64,000 bases of DNA from Thermoproteota archaeon (GTDB lineage: Archaea > Thermoproteota > Methanomethylicia > Methanomethylicales > Methanomethylicaceae): NCBI GenBank assembly GCA_030055575.1, contig JASFYL010000001.1:3545-67544 (forward strand), in the 5' to 3' direction. The position numbers and the translations under genes are program-made. Within the stretch, counting starts at the first letter, position 1. Every line of letters starts with the position of its first letter. The notes under the pieces were generated by a model. That model saw nothing but the letters and a program-made list of their open reading frames with translations. It searched no databases and was not told the DNA's origin. Below, piece by piece: positions 28,727 through 38,557 of the stretch.

Positions 28727-29511
28727 GCCTCAAGGATTCGATAATCGGCATCTCGTTCGTCGCTTTAATGACTGCCATCCTAATCTACGCATTCCTTGGA
28801 TATCCTGAAGTTGGTTTTGTTAGACCTCTAGGAGAATTCTACCTTTACAACACCTTCAACTTTAACGAACAGGGATGGTGGTCCGCTTCTCCTAACGCTG
28901 TAACTGGTGTCTTGTGGGACTATCGGGGGTACGACACACTATATGAGACAATGGTGTTCTATGTCGGGATTGTGGCTATTGCCCTCTTCTTTGAAAAGGA
29001 ATCAAGCCTCCGGAGAACAAGCGGCATGACTGTCATAGTTAGGGCGACTACAAAACTCGTCTTTGTATTCATACTGACGTCTGCTATGGCCATAACCATT
29101 TTCAGCGTGAAGACTCCTGGAGGCGGATTCCAGGGCGGATCGATAATGGCAATTGCTTATATCGCCATCATTATCGCCCTATCAAGGGGATTTTTACCAG
29201 AATTGAGGATGGATTTGTCGAAGGCTCATCTAATCAAGATATTCGGGCTGATTTTGATCTTCTCTCTTACAGTGATCCCTGTAGCGTACTCTTTGGCCTC
29301 TGGGACTGTTGCATATGCACTCCAGAATCAGCCAAAGCCGTGGTCAGAGTTTGGATACCCCACTTTCCTCGGTCTCTACAGCCTTTCTGGGGGGATGGTT
29401 ATCCCCATACAAGTGGGTGAATTGGTGCATGTCGGGATGGGGTTTACGATAATGTTCTTGATTTTGACTGAGCGCGAAGGGAAGAAGGAACTGGGAGGGA
29501 AAAGATCTTGA
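28723..29511 (+). CDS. Mrp subunit B
   Basis: ...VTGVLWDYRGYDTLYET... is the MnhB signature. Confidence 0.7.
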   Translation: MSLKDSIIGISFVALMTAILIYAFLGYPEVGFVRPLGEFYLYNTFNFNEQGWWSASPNAVTGVLWDYRGYDTLYETMVFYVGIVAIALFFEKESSLRRTSGMTVIVRATTKLVFVFILTSAMAITIFSVKTPGGGFQGGSIMAIAYIAIIIALSRGFLPELRMDLSKAHLIKIFGLILIFSLTVIPVAYSLASGTVAYALQNQPKPWSEFGYPTFLGLYSLSGGMVIPIQVGELVHVGMGFTIMFLILTEREGKKELGGKRS

Positions 29512-29876
29512 ATATTGCTGGCCAGTTGCCATACATCCTTATTGCAATGATGGCGTCCTTGTGCATCTATGCAATCCTATTCAAGTCAAACCTGTTCAAG
29601 AAGATGCTTGCAATATTCCTGCTCACTGATGCAGTCAACCTTCTCTACATCGTTCAGGGATACAGGTCGGGCAACTCGATCCCGCCAATAATCCCCCCAG
29701 GCATGGATCCGTCCGAATTCGCTTCCCTTGCTGTTGATCCACTCGCTCACTACTTCGTTGTGACCGCAGTTGTGATCGGGTTGGCTGAAGTTGCCACGCT
29801 TACTGCCCTTACGATTTACACCTACCGGCATTACGGCACTATCGAGACAAGGAAGATCAAGGAGTTGAGAGGATGA
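29508..29876 (+). CDS. Mrp subunit C (NuoK-like)
   Basis: 122 aa with 3 TM helices, NuoK/MnhC-like. Confidence 0.7.
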   Translation: MNIAGQLPYILIAMMASLCIYAILFKSNLFKKMLAIFLLTDAVNLLYIVQGYRSGNSIPPIIPPGMDPSEFASLAVDPLAHYFVVTAVVIGLAEVATLTALTIYTYRHYGTIETRKIKELRG

Positions 29877-31429
29877 ACGTCTTATTCTTCCAGGCACCTA
29901 TATTGGCAATGTTGTTGGCACTGATGGGTTCATTCGGATGTATCATCGTGGGTTTGTTTTCAGGTAGACGCGCGGTGGAATGGTTTACAGGAATATTGAC
30001 TGCTGTGTCCTTGGTACTGTCTGCTCTTGCGGTTGTAAACGTCTTCTTTCTCGATGAACCTTACGTTTATATGATGGGAGGATGGCCTCCTCCAGTTGGT
30101 ATCCCTTATGTGATAGACCGCTACTCTGCCCCACTTGCGCTTGTTGTATCTGCGATATTCTTTGCGACCATGGTCTATTCGGTCAGATATATCGAGAGGG
30201 ACCGGGATGTGAAATGGTACTACTCGCTAAGATTCCTTATGCAGGCTGGGATGTATGGCCTCCTGTTCTCCGGCGATATGTTCCATATCTTCGTGATGCT
30301 AGAATTGATGGGTCTTTCTGCGATCCTTCTAGTACCATTTCGTAAAGAGGTCAAGGCATCGGTTGAGGCTGGGATAAAGTACGGCATATACGATATCCTT
30401 GCGATCTCCATCTACTACCTATGTACTGCAATGATATTCGGGATGTTTGGAACCATGACTGTGGCTGAGATCGCAGCAAAACTCGGCGGTTATGTCTCTC
30501 CCTTCTCCGGTGGGATCTTTGCAAATACCGCAGCTTTGCCTGTGATAATTGCCCTCATTGTCTGGTCTTTCACTATCGGATCCGCTGTCGTTCCTCAACA
30601 CTTCTGGCTGCCCGACGCACACAGCATGGCGCCGAGCTCAATTAGCGCCATACTTTCCGGGCTATTGGTCCAAGTGAATATCGCAGTCCTCGCAAGAATC
30701 CTCTTTGACGGGTTCGCAGCAGGCTCGTACCCAGGAAACGAGATCGGTCTTCACGCCTTGCTCATCCTCGGCGCAATCTCCTCGGTAATTGGCGCCGCGT
30801 TTATGCTGGTCCAGTCTGACATAAAGCGATTGATCGCATACTCCACAATAGCAAACCTAGGGCTTATAGCCATGGGCTTCGGGCTCGGCACGATTCAGGG
30901 AGCTTCTGCGTCATACCTCCATATAATCAACCATGCCTTCGTTAAGGCTGCCCTGTTCATGATTGCAGGGGTCTTCATCCATGCCACAGGATCGAGGGAA
31001 ATCTCGTCTCTCAAGGGGATATCGAAGGTTCTGCCAGGGACCTCTTTGCTGTACACCATTGGCACACTCGCTGCCATCGGTTTCCCACCACTCAGCATGT
31101 TTTGGAGCAAGTTGCTGCTCCTGTTTTCAGTTTTGAGTGCGGGTGGGAGCTATCAATACGTGGTGGTTCCTATGGCTTTGACCATTGTATTAGAATCCAT
31201 CGCCCAGATCCGGCTCTTGGCAGTCATATACTCTGGCGAGAAGAGGTCGGTCAACTGCCGCCCTTCATATCCCGTGATCGCATCGGTGGGGATGATGATT
31301 GGAATAATCGTCATAACTGGATTGATGCCGAGTTTACTCTTTGAGTTGGGCGGACTAGCCGCAAGCGACCTACTTAACATCGATTCCTACATCGATTTGG
31401 TGCTAAAGTCGTTAAATTACCCACCTTAA
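29873..31429 (+). CDS. Second Mrp antiporter-like subunit D (NuoN/M-like)
   Basis: 518 aa with HFWLPDAHSMAPSSISAIL. Confidence 0.8.
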   Translation: MNVLFFQAPILAMLLALMGSFGCIIVGLFSGRRAVEWFTGILTAVSLVLSALAVVNVFFLDEPYVYMMGGWPPPVGIPYVIDRYSAPLALVVSAIFFATMVYSVRYIERDRDVKWYYSLRFLMQAGMYGLLFSGDMFHIFVMLELMGLSAILLVPFRKEVKASVEAGIKYGIYDILAISIYYLCTAMIFGMFGTMTVAEIAAKLGGYVSPFSGGIFANTAALPVIIALIVWSFTIGSAVVPQHFWLPDAHSMAPSSISAILSGLLVQVNIAVLARILFDGFAAGSYPGNEIGLHALLILGAISSVIGAAFMLVQSDIKRLIAYSTIANLGLIAMGFGLGTIQGASASYLHIINHAFVKAALFMIAGVFIHATGSREISSLKGISKVLPGTSLLYTIGTLAAIGFPPLSMFWSKLLLLFSVLSAGGSYQYVVVPMALTIVLESIAQIRLLAVIYSGEKRSVNCRPSYPVIASVGMMIGIIVITGLMPSLLFELGGLAASDLLNIDSYIDLVLKSLNYPP

Positions 31430-31683
31430 TTCTCTCTCTTTTTTGAGCTTAGCAGCTTTGGGGAGTTCTTTGGGTAAATCGATTAGAGGTGGTAGGTAAG
31501 AGAATGCGAGCAGTTTTGAGTTAGATGGTGAAGTGTTCTCATAAAACGAGCCATCCTATATATGCGGTAAAAGCTCTCGGAATTGGGCTTTCCAAAAAAA
31601 GGCATCATTGCCAGTTCAGTTCGACCCCTATCTTAATATTTGGGGATATGTGATAATTAGACTCACATTGCGGGGTCAGACAA

Positions 31684-32937
31684 GTGACCAGAAAGAAATG
31701 TCTTGCGGCATTGCTCACAATCTCCTTGCTCTATGTACTGTTTCCATATACGATGGTATCCGCTTCTGCTTCTTCGGTAGAAAGAACAATTATTATGGAA
31801 CCTTATTTCCAAATATATGAGGATCATTTTAATTTACTCTCGCCTACCGATAACTATACTATATCGTTTGTCGTCCCATACTCTCAATGTCTATATTCGG
31901 TCAAGGCATACGGGCAGGACAACTCATCACTAGAAGTAGAATGGGTTTACCAAAACGAGACATCTAACTTGACGTTGCTAGTTCATACGAATGGGCAAAC
32001 TTCGTTTACGCTCAGGACCATCTTGCACTACACAACACGGATTGTTAACGAGTCATATTATACTACAGTGAACCTATACCCGTGCGCAGAGGGCGAGCTG
32101 TCAGCAGCACTTACGCTTTTCCTGCCTTCCGGCTCCACGCTTGTTGACTATCCTGAAAGCCTGTCCCTTACTCATGTTGATGGGAGACCTGCGCTTATTG
32201 GGGGGAGGGTTCTGACACCTTTCGAGGCATCAAACGATACGATTGCATACAACGGTACATATCAGCTTGTAGAAATAACCAACTTAGAACGCCGGATCGA
32301 GGCATCAGCGAGCGGCGTTCTCGTCACCGAGAACGTGCAGTTCGTAAACCTGAATTTCAGCATAATGAAAAATTTCAAGTTGACCCTGCCGGAGGGCGCC
32401 TCGTTGTTAAGGGTTTATGATTCCATAGGTTATATGAATTATACTTTGGAGAACACGAGTCTGTATGTTGCTCTCCGTTCCATCATACTTCCCTCAGAGA
32501 AGTCTTCATTCACAATCGTTTACCAGATCCCAGCAAGTAACGCCTACCAACACGAGAACGACAAATTGGTGTTCTCAGGATCGGTTCTGCCGGAGTGGTG
32601 CCCGTATCTAGTTAATAAGCTAAACACCGTCATTTCCTTGCCTGGAGGTGCATCCCAAGTCGAGGGAATTGGGGTTACACTTGTAGATAAAAACTCGACA
32701 GTAGAAGGCAGGATTGCTGCTACAGATATCACTCCTTACTCTGACTTTTCATTTTCGATCTCATTCATACCCCCGCCCTACACGATTCCATCGGGGGCTA
32801 TCGTTCTTGTTTCTTTAGTAGTGATGATTGCAGTCATTATGCTAATCTACATTCGTGTCTTAAGGAAAAGAGAACCCGTAAGCCCCCCCTCAGAGAAAAA
32901 GATTCCGTCCCAGCAAAAGAGGCATACAAAGCGATAA
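31684..32937 (+). CDS. Predicted N-glycosylated cell-surface protein (signal peptide, C-terminal TM anchor plus basic tail)
   Basis: N-terminal hydrophobic leader, at least 12 N-x-S/T sequons, and a C-terminal TM helix followed by RVLRKREP. Confidence 0.5.
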   Translation: MTRKKCLAALLTISLLYVLFPYTMVSASASSVERTIIMEPYFQIYEDHFNLLSPTDNYTISFVVPYSQCLYSVKAYGQDNSSLEVEWVYQNETSNLTLLVHTNGQTSFTLRTILHYTTRIVNESYYTTVNLYPCAEGELSAALTLFLPSGSTLVDYPESLSLTHVDGRPALIGGRVLTPFEASNDTIAYNGTYQLVEITNLERRIEASASGVLVTENVQFVNLNFSIMKNFKLTLPEGASLLRVYDSIGYMNYTLENTSLYVALRSIILPSEKSSFTIVYQIPASNAYQHENDKLVFSGSVLPEWCPYLVNKLNTVISLPGGASQVEGIGVTLVDKNSTVEGRIAATDITPYSDFSFSISFIPPPYTIPSGAIVLVSLVVMIAVIMLIYIRVLRKREPVSPPSEKKIPSQQKRHTKR

Positions 32938-33077
32938 ACTCTTCATTCTTTGCGATCGATTATCCAGACCAAATTTAGGTAATTGAACTTCCATCCCTAC
33001 GTCTTCCCGCTGCTTAATATTGCCGATTCTGAACCCGCTTTGGTTTCTTCACAACTTCAGTGGTTTTCATAGCATTG

Positions 33078-34022
33078 TCATTCTCGCTCTCTGCATTTGA
33101 ACCATTTGATGGTCTCTTCTAAACCTGCCCTCAGTGAATATTTCGGTTCGAATCCTAGATCTCTCTTTGCTTTGGAGATGTCTGCCCACGACTCTCGCAC
33201 GTCGCCCGTTCTGGGTTCTAAGAACTGTACGCGCATTTCAGAACCAGTGATCTCCGAAACTATCCTAGCAAGCTCGAATATCGATACCTTCTTTCCCCCG
33301 GCGATATTATAGACACCTGTGACTTCAGATTCTGCAGCCAAAATATTCGCCCTCACGACATCCTTGACATACGTAAAGTCTCTGGTCTGATAACCGTCTC
33401 CGTAGATCGGCATAGCCTCCCCCTTCAATGCACAGTCAATGAACTTTGGAACTACTGCGGCGTACTCTGATACAGGATCCTGCCTCGGTCCATATACGTT
33501 GAAGTACCTTAGCGCCACTGTCTTCAGTCCATAGAGTTCTGTGAAGATTCTGCAGTAGTGCTCCCCTGCCAGTTTTGTCAGAGCATAAGGCGACATTGGC
33601 TTAGGCTCCATGTCCTCGCGTTTTGGTAGTGTTGACATCTCTCCATAGACAGAAGACGAAGACGCATAGACGACCTTCTTGACACCGCAGTCCCTGGCTG
33701 CCACGAGGACACACAGCGTGCCTGTTATGCCTGCTTCGTTCGTTTTTATCGGATCCAATACTGACCTAGGCACGGAGGGTATGGCGGCTTGATGCAAAAC
33801 AAAATCAGCACCATTAAACGCCTCCTTCAGAAGGGACAAGTCGGTTACGCTTCCTTTTACAAACTTCACCTTTTTCGATTCAATAAACTCTAAGACATTG
33901 GAGATCCTGCCTGTAGAAAGGTCATCCACGATTGTCACTTCATTACTGCAGCATAATGTTTCTGAGATGTTTGCTCCTATGAAGCCAGCCCCGCCTGTCA
34001 CCACTACTTTTTTGTTCTTCAT
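33078..34022 (-). CDS. NAD-dependent sugar-nucleotide epimerase/dehydratase (GalE/WbpP-like)
   Basis: VVVTGGAGFIGANI Rossmann motif, YASSSSVYG, and YALTK (YxxxK). The start is trimmed to MKNKK so it does not overlap tRNA-Gln. Confidence 0.85.
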   Translation of the reverse strand: MKNKKVVVTGGAGFIGANISETLCCSNEVTIVDDLSTGRISNVLEFIESKKVKFVKGSVTDLSLLKEAFNGADFVLHQAAIPSVPRSVLDPIKTNEAGITGTLCVLVAARDCGVKKVVYASSSSVYGEMSTLPKREDMEPKPMSPYALTKLAGEHYCRIFTELYGLKTVALRYFNVYGPRQDPVSEYAAVVPKFIDCALKGEAMPIYGDGYQTRDFTYVKDVVRANILAAESEVTGVYNIAGGKKVSIFELARIVSEITGSEMRVQFLEPRTGDVRESWADISKAKRDLGFEPKYSLRAGLEETIKWFKCRERE

Positions 34023-34046
34023 AATGCTCACTGGGGCATCTATTTT

Positions 34047-34122
34047 TGGTAGCCCGGAGGAGATTCGAACTCCTGTCGGCGGGGCCAAAGCCCGCCATGC
34101 TTGGCCGCTACACCACCGGGCT
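34047..34122 (-). tRNA. tRNA-Gln (anticodon UUG), CCA encoded
   Basis: Reverse complement folds as acceptor AGCCCGG/CCGGGCU, anticodon stem GCGGG with loop CUUUGGC, T-arm AGGAG-UUCGAAU-CUCCU. Confidence 0.8.
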
Positions 34123-34272
34123 GGAATGATTTGACCCTGTTTTAGCATATTATTCTTTTGGTCTGTTCTTATCTAGGAATGTGTTCACAGGAACCCATAA
34201 ACTCTTATTAATAGGCAATAAAGAGCTATGAGCATGGATGCTTACCGATCAAAGCCTTGAGTTGAGCTGAAA

Positions 34273-34968
34273 ATGGCTATCGGTTTACACATGGAAGTAG
34301 TTTTTAACGCCGCCCCGTTGCACGAGATGGCAATAGCATTAGCTATGCTTGCATACTTGATGTTTATTGTTTACTCCACAAAGTGGGTTTACTCCGCTTT
34401 GCGTAAAAGGGGCGTGGAGCATAATGTCTCGGTCTATTATAATCGGAAAATAATACACATCTTTGGCGCGGGGGTTCTCACACTTTTATTCCCAGTGTAT
34501 TTCACAGGGATCGCAATTCCTATGCTTTTGGTTGGCATAATCGCTATTTTGATATACATTCCGCACAGAACAGGGAAAATCCTTTATTGGTTCCAAATGA
34601 AGGAGAATGCATACGAAGTCAACTTCACCATCGCATGGGGCTTCGCAATAGGATTCTCTTGGCTGATCTTCGGCGACCCTGTTTACGGGGTCGTGACAGC
34701 TGCCTTCATGGCATTTGGAGATGCCGTGACTGGGGTCGTAAGGAATGCTATGTTCAAAAGGAGGACAAAACACTGGCTCGGAAATGTCGCAATGCTTGCA
34801 GTCTCACTGCCGATAGGAGCGGTCTACGCCGGAACTGCTGGAATGGTGGCCGCATTGGTGGCGTCAATTGTCGAGCACTTCGAGCTAAACCCAATCGATG
34901 ATAACATTCTGATAACCTTGGGTTCGCTAATCACACTGATTATCTTGAGAGAGTTCTTGGGTCTCTAA
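34273..34968 (+). CDS. Polytopic membrane protein, possibly polyprenol (dolichol) kinase/CTP-transferase family
   Basis: FGDAVTGVVRNAMFKRRTKHWLGN resembles the Sec59/DGK-type motif. Confidence 0.35.
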   Translation: MAIGLHMEVVFNAAPLHEMAIALAMLAYLMFIVYSTKWVYSALRKRGVEHNVSVYYNRKIIHIFGAGVLTLLFPVYFTGIAIPMLLVGIIAILIYIPHRTGKILYWFQMKENAYEVNFTIAWGFAIGFSWLIFGDPVYGVVTAAFMAFGDAVTGVVRNAMFKRRTKHWLGNVAMLAVSLPIGAVYAGTAGMVAALVASIVEHFELNPIDDNILITLGSLITLIILREFLGL

Positions 34969-35090
34969 AACACTGAAAATCACGCCTGGTCAATAATTTT
35001 TCTATCATGTTTAATGAATTATTTTTGAGGTTCTGTGTATCAAGACTAAAGTTTTATATTAGTGTGTCCTACTTACAATTTAAATGGGGA

Positions 35091-35516
35091 CTTTTTATGG
35101 CAAGTCAGAAACTTTTGGAGATGTTGAACGAGGCGGCATCTAGAGAGCTTCAGGTTTCTATCCAGTACATCTGGCAACATGTGATGTGCCGAGGGATGTT
35201 CAGCGAAACCATTTCGGAGATTCTAGAAAAGATTGCAATCGAGGAAATGAAGCACTATGAGGCGATTGCAGAACGCATTGATTACCTTGGTGGCGTTCCA
35301 ACTACGCGCCCCTCTGAGGTCAAGTATGGAAAGAACATAAAAGAGATGTTGGAGATAGATAAGAAGGACGAGGAGGGCGCCATTAGCCTGTACAAGAAGA
35401 TAATAGAGGTTGCCGAATCAGAAAAGGATATCGTTACTAAGAAACTGTTCGAGGACATTCTTGAAGCAGAAGAAGAGCACCACTACAAATTCTCCACATT
35501 ATTGGAAACCGATTAA
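35091..35516 (+). CDS. Bacterioferritin/ferritin-like diiron protein
   Basis: E...EEMKHYE...E...EAEEEHHY are the diiron ligand pattern. Start at MASQKLLE. Confidence 0.6.
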   Translation, partial: LFMASQKLLEMLNEAASRELQVSIQYIWQHVMCRGMFSETISEILEKIAIEEMKHYEAIAERIDYLGGVPTTRPSEVKYGKNIKEMLEIDKKDEEGAISLYKKIIEVAESEKDIVTKKLFEDILEAEEEHHYKFSTLLETD

Positions 35517-35717
35517 CTTTTTAATCTTTTTTAGAGTTTGCCATTCAAGGCAAGAATTTTGTGATTTAAACAACATGTGAAATATGGTGGGTTAGTTGTG
35601 GCAATGCGTTTGTTATAGCGCAACTTCATTAATACGGATAGTTCACCTACAATAACCATAACTGTTTTTAATGATTAGGGTACCATAGAATAAAAAGAGG
35701 GATTGGAGGAAGCGGTT

Positions 35718-35851
35718 TTGGCAAAATGCCCTAAGTGTGGCACCGAGGTAGTGAAACCAACCAAGACCTGGAAGCTAGCCCCCAAAGGCAAAAAGGCAAT
35801 TGAAATCAGACTTTTCAAATGCCCCAGCTGTGGAGCCTTCTTCAGGCACGG
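35718..35851 (+). CDS. Small zinc-ribbon protein (~44 aa), not in the ORF track
   Basis: TTG start 8 nt after a GGAGG motif. Reads AKCPKCGTEVVKPTKTWKLAPKGKKAIEIRLFKCPSCGAFF, with two CPxCG knuckles. Confidence 0.45.
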
Positions 35852-36001
35852 TCAGAAATGATCCCTTTCCTTTTTTAAACAAATTGGTGGTCGTGTGCTT
35901 ATATGTGCGTTAGCATTTAGGCATCCAGACGTTGGCTTTGGATAGCTAACATTCGCATCGATTTTCTCAAAAAATTGGATGGTGAGGTGGTGGTTGGAAT
36001 A

Positions 36002-38140
36002 TCACTTGACCCTAATTGTGACCGAGTTGGAATATTCTGAAACCACCCCTAATGATTTATTGAAGGCTTGGACTCTGTATTGGTAGGTTCCTTGTCCTGC
36101 AGTGGTATCCACGTAGGATGTTGTGTTGGCGCCAACCGTGGCAATGCGCTGATACACATACGCGTTCTTTACCTTTGTACCGCGCTCGATGTAGAAACCG
36201 TCCTCATTATTTGAGTTGTCTTTCCATACTAGCCTTACGTTATAGCTATTGCCGCTTGCCACTAGTTCAGTTGGAGCGTTGACGACTGTGCTTTCTTGGA
36301 GCACCTCTACTGTGACGCTTACAGATCCCTTGGCACCCTTGTCATCCGTAACAGTTAGCTTCGCTAAATATGTCCCCTTTGATGTATATGTATGTGTTGC
36401 TTTTGCACCTGTTCCGAAGCAACCGTCTCCAAAGTCCCAGTCATACGAAACTATGCTCCCGTCTGGATCATAGGAAGCGCTTCCGTCAAAGTTAACCGTA
36501 AGCGGTGCATAGCCACTCTTTGGTACCGCAATTGCAATCGCATTAGGGGCGATGTTCTCAACTCTAGAATAGTCGATCCAGATGTTCAGCTGTCCCGCAT
36601 CGATGCTAACTGGCAGATTGGTGTATTTGCCAACAAGATGGTCTCCTGTTTCGTCGACTCTGTAGATGCTATATGACTTTACGATGGCTGGATCACCTGC
36701 TATGTTGTCGTATACCCCCAAGAACCATCTAGTATACCCTGCGCTCGCCAAATCCGTAAAGTCAAAAACGAATGTGGCATCACATGCAGCGGTCGTCCCA
36801 TCGAAAGAAAAGTCTCCTCCAGAGTAGTAGAGCGCTTTAGAGTACCATTTTAGAGCAGGCGTGGTTTGTGTGTCATTACCCACTCCCAGTGAGACTAGCA
36901 GCTGCCTCCTCTTGAGGTGGTTCAGAGTGAACTCCGCAATCATTTGTGGCGTATACGATTCACGAGCTGTCATTGTGTACACCCCGCCCCTGAAAATTCC
37001 ACCGGTATCTCTGTCGCTGGGTGGCCAGGTTTCCGTTGCCTTAACCGAAGAGGATGGAAATAATGCATCATATGCTACCCACCTGAAGCCCCCATTCCAG
37101 TCGCTTGTGCCCCAGGAGTTGGCGATCTTGAATGCCCCTTTTTCTCCAGGGTCTACAACCATGTTTCCGTTGAGATCGCACCAGATGTTGTCGTTGTAGC
37201 CCACGATCGTCATGGCATGCCCTCCTAACCTTGTGTTTTTCATATAGCTGGCTATCTTCTGCCCGACATAGGCGTCATCCTCAAAGGTTGAAGGATCATC
37301 GCTGACGTAGGTCTGAACCCATGAGTATACATATGTGCCGATCACTAACACGTGGCCGTTAGCCAGCTGGGTCTTTAAATCTAAAACCATCTGGGTTGTG
37401 TTGGAACTATAGATCTGCCCCCAGCTGAACGGTCTGTAGTTTATGGCGTTGCGCCAGGAAGTTGCATTAAGGCACCAAGAAAGGTAGTCTTTGTCGTATG
37501 GAAATTCAGCCCATGTGACCGCGCCATGTTTTATCAGTAGCGAGTAAGCGTCTGAGAAATATGCCCCGCCATCGACCCCATTATTGATCATGTTGTAAGT
37601 CCATTTCGGAGAGAAGATCACGTTGTTGTCGCCGTTGCTGGCAATACGCCCCCTTACTAGGTTGGTTTCGTATGTTAATTGATAGTAGGTCGTGGCCCAT
37701 GCAACACATGACCCAATCCCTCCTTGACTCCTTATAGGTGGGAATGCGGGTAAAAGGCTGTTGTCTACACTTGTGGGCAATATGCTGTACGTGTCAAATT
37801 TAAGAGAGGCTTGCCAATCAACCTTAAATTCTATAAACTGCAATTCAGATCCAAGCGGCACGATCCCCGCCTCCGTGTCTGAAATCTTGGATTGACCCCG
37901 CGCAACGCGCTCGGCGTTTATGCGTTCGAGCGCCAGATGATTAAGCTGTATCCTCTCAATTAAGGGAAAATTTCTCTTCATCCAATCTTCTTGGGGGGCT
38001 GTGGGATCCTTAAGACCCGTAGCTGGGGTTTCCGTGTCTTTTCCATGATTCAGAACACTGCCCGCAATAATTCCTGATGTTGTATTAAATACAAGGAGGA
38101 CAAGTATGGTGACTGCCAAGAATGTTGTTTGTTTTCTCAT
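36002..38140 (-). CDS. Secreted papain-like (C1 family) cysteine peptidase with PKD and fibronectin-III-like C-terminal domains
   Basis: Signal peptide MRKQTTFLAVTILVLLV, catalytic QGGIGSCVAWA and GGHAMTIVGY, a PKD motif WDFGDG...THTYT, and C-terminal beta-sandwich repeats. Confidence 0.75.
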   Translation of the reverse strand: MRKQTTFLAVTILVLLVFNTTSGIIAGSVLNHGKDTETPATGLKDPTAPQEDWMKRNFPLIERIQLNHLALERINAERVARGQSKISDTEAGIVPLGSELQFIEFKVDWQASLKFDTYSILPTSVDNSLLPAFPPIRSQGGIGSCVAWATTYYQLTYETNLVRGRIASNGDNNVIFSPKWTYNMINNGVDGGAYFSDAYSLLIKHGAVTWAEFPYDKDYLSWCLNATSWRNAINYRPFSWGQIYSSNTTQMVLDLKTQLANGHVLVIGTYVYSWVQTYVSDDPSTFEDDAYVGQKIASYMKNTRLGGHAMTIVGYNDNIWCDLNGNMVVDPGEKGAFKIANSWGTSDWNGGFRWVAYDALFPSSSVKATETWPPSDRDTGGIFRGGVYTMTARESYTPQMIAEFTLNHLKRRQLLVSLGVGNDTQTTPALKWYSKALYYSGGDFSFDGTTAACDATFVFDFTDLASAGYTRWFLGVYDNIAGDPAIVKSYSIYRVDETGDHLVGKYTNLPVSIDAGQLNIWIDYSRVENIAPNAIAIAVPKSGYAPLTVNFDGSASYDPDGSIVSYDWDFGDGCFGTGAKATHTYTSKGTYLAKLTVTDDKGAKGSVSVTVEVLQESTVVNAPTELVASGNSYNVRLVWKDNSNNEDGFYIERGTKVKNAYVYQRIATVGANTTSYVDTTAGQGTYQYRVQAFNKSLGVVSEYSNSVTIRVK

Positions 38141-38557
38141 ATATTTGTGCCCCACCCCATATTGTATCCTTGTTTTACTAATATACAGATGATTTATAAA
38201 AGGTTTTCCGTAATATAAAAAAAACTTTCTTTTAAAAGTTAAACTTTTCCACATTATTGTTTTATTGTATTACATAGATACAATTAATTTAAAAAATATG
38301 ATTTATTATATATAGTATATATCTATTTACTAATGCTACTGGAATTGTGACATTTTTATGAAACCAACCGAATTCTCCAAAGTCCTCCTGTTTTTACGTC
38401 AAAAAAAAAAGAAATGAAAAGAAAATTAGATTTATCGCTCTAGGTTTTTCATCGATCTTATTTTCCCAAAGGATACGATTCGTTAGATGCATCAGTCTCA
38501 CATCATTATTAAAGGGGCTTATGCTAGGCTGATTTTGTTTCTTCCGAATACCTCGCG

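Noticed and set aside
34023-34148. N-terminal 42 codons of the track's epimerase ORF
   Set aside because: The Rossmann motif begins right after MKNKK, and the extension runs through the tRNA-Gln gene.
38383-38412. A10 homopolymer and TA-repeat tract upstream of the peptidase gene, considered as a possible phase-variation site
   Set aside because: It lies in an intergenic promoter region rather than within coding sequence, and there is no evidence of slipped-strand variants from a single sequence.
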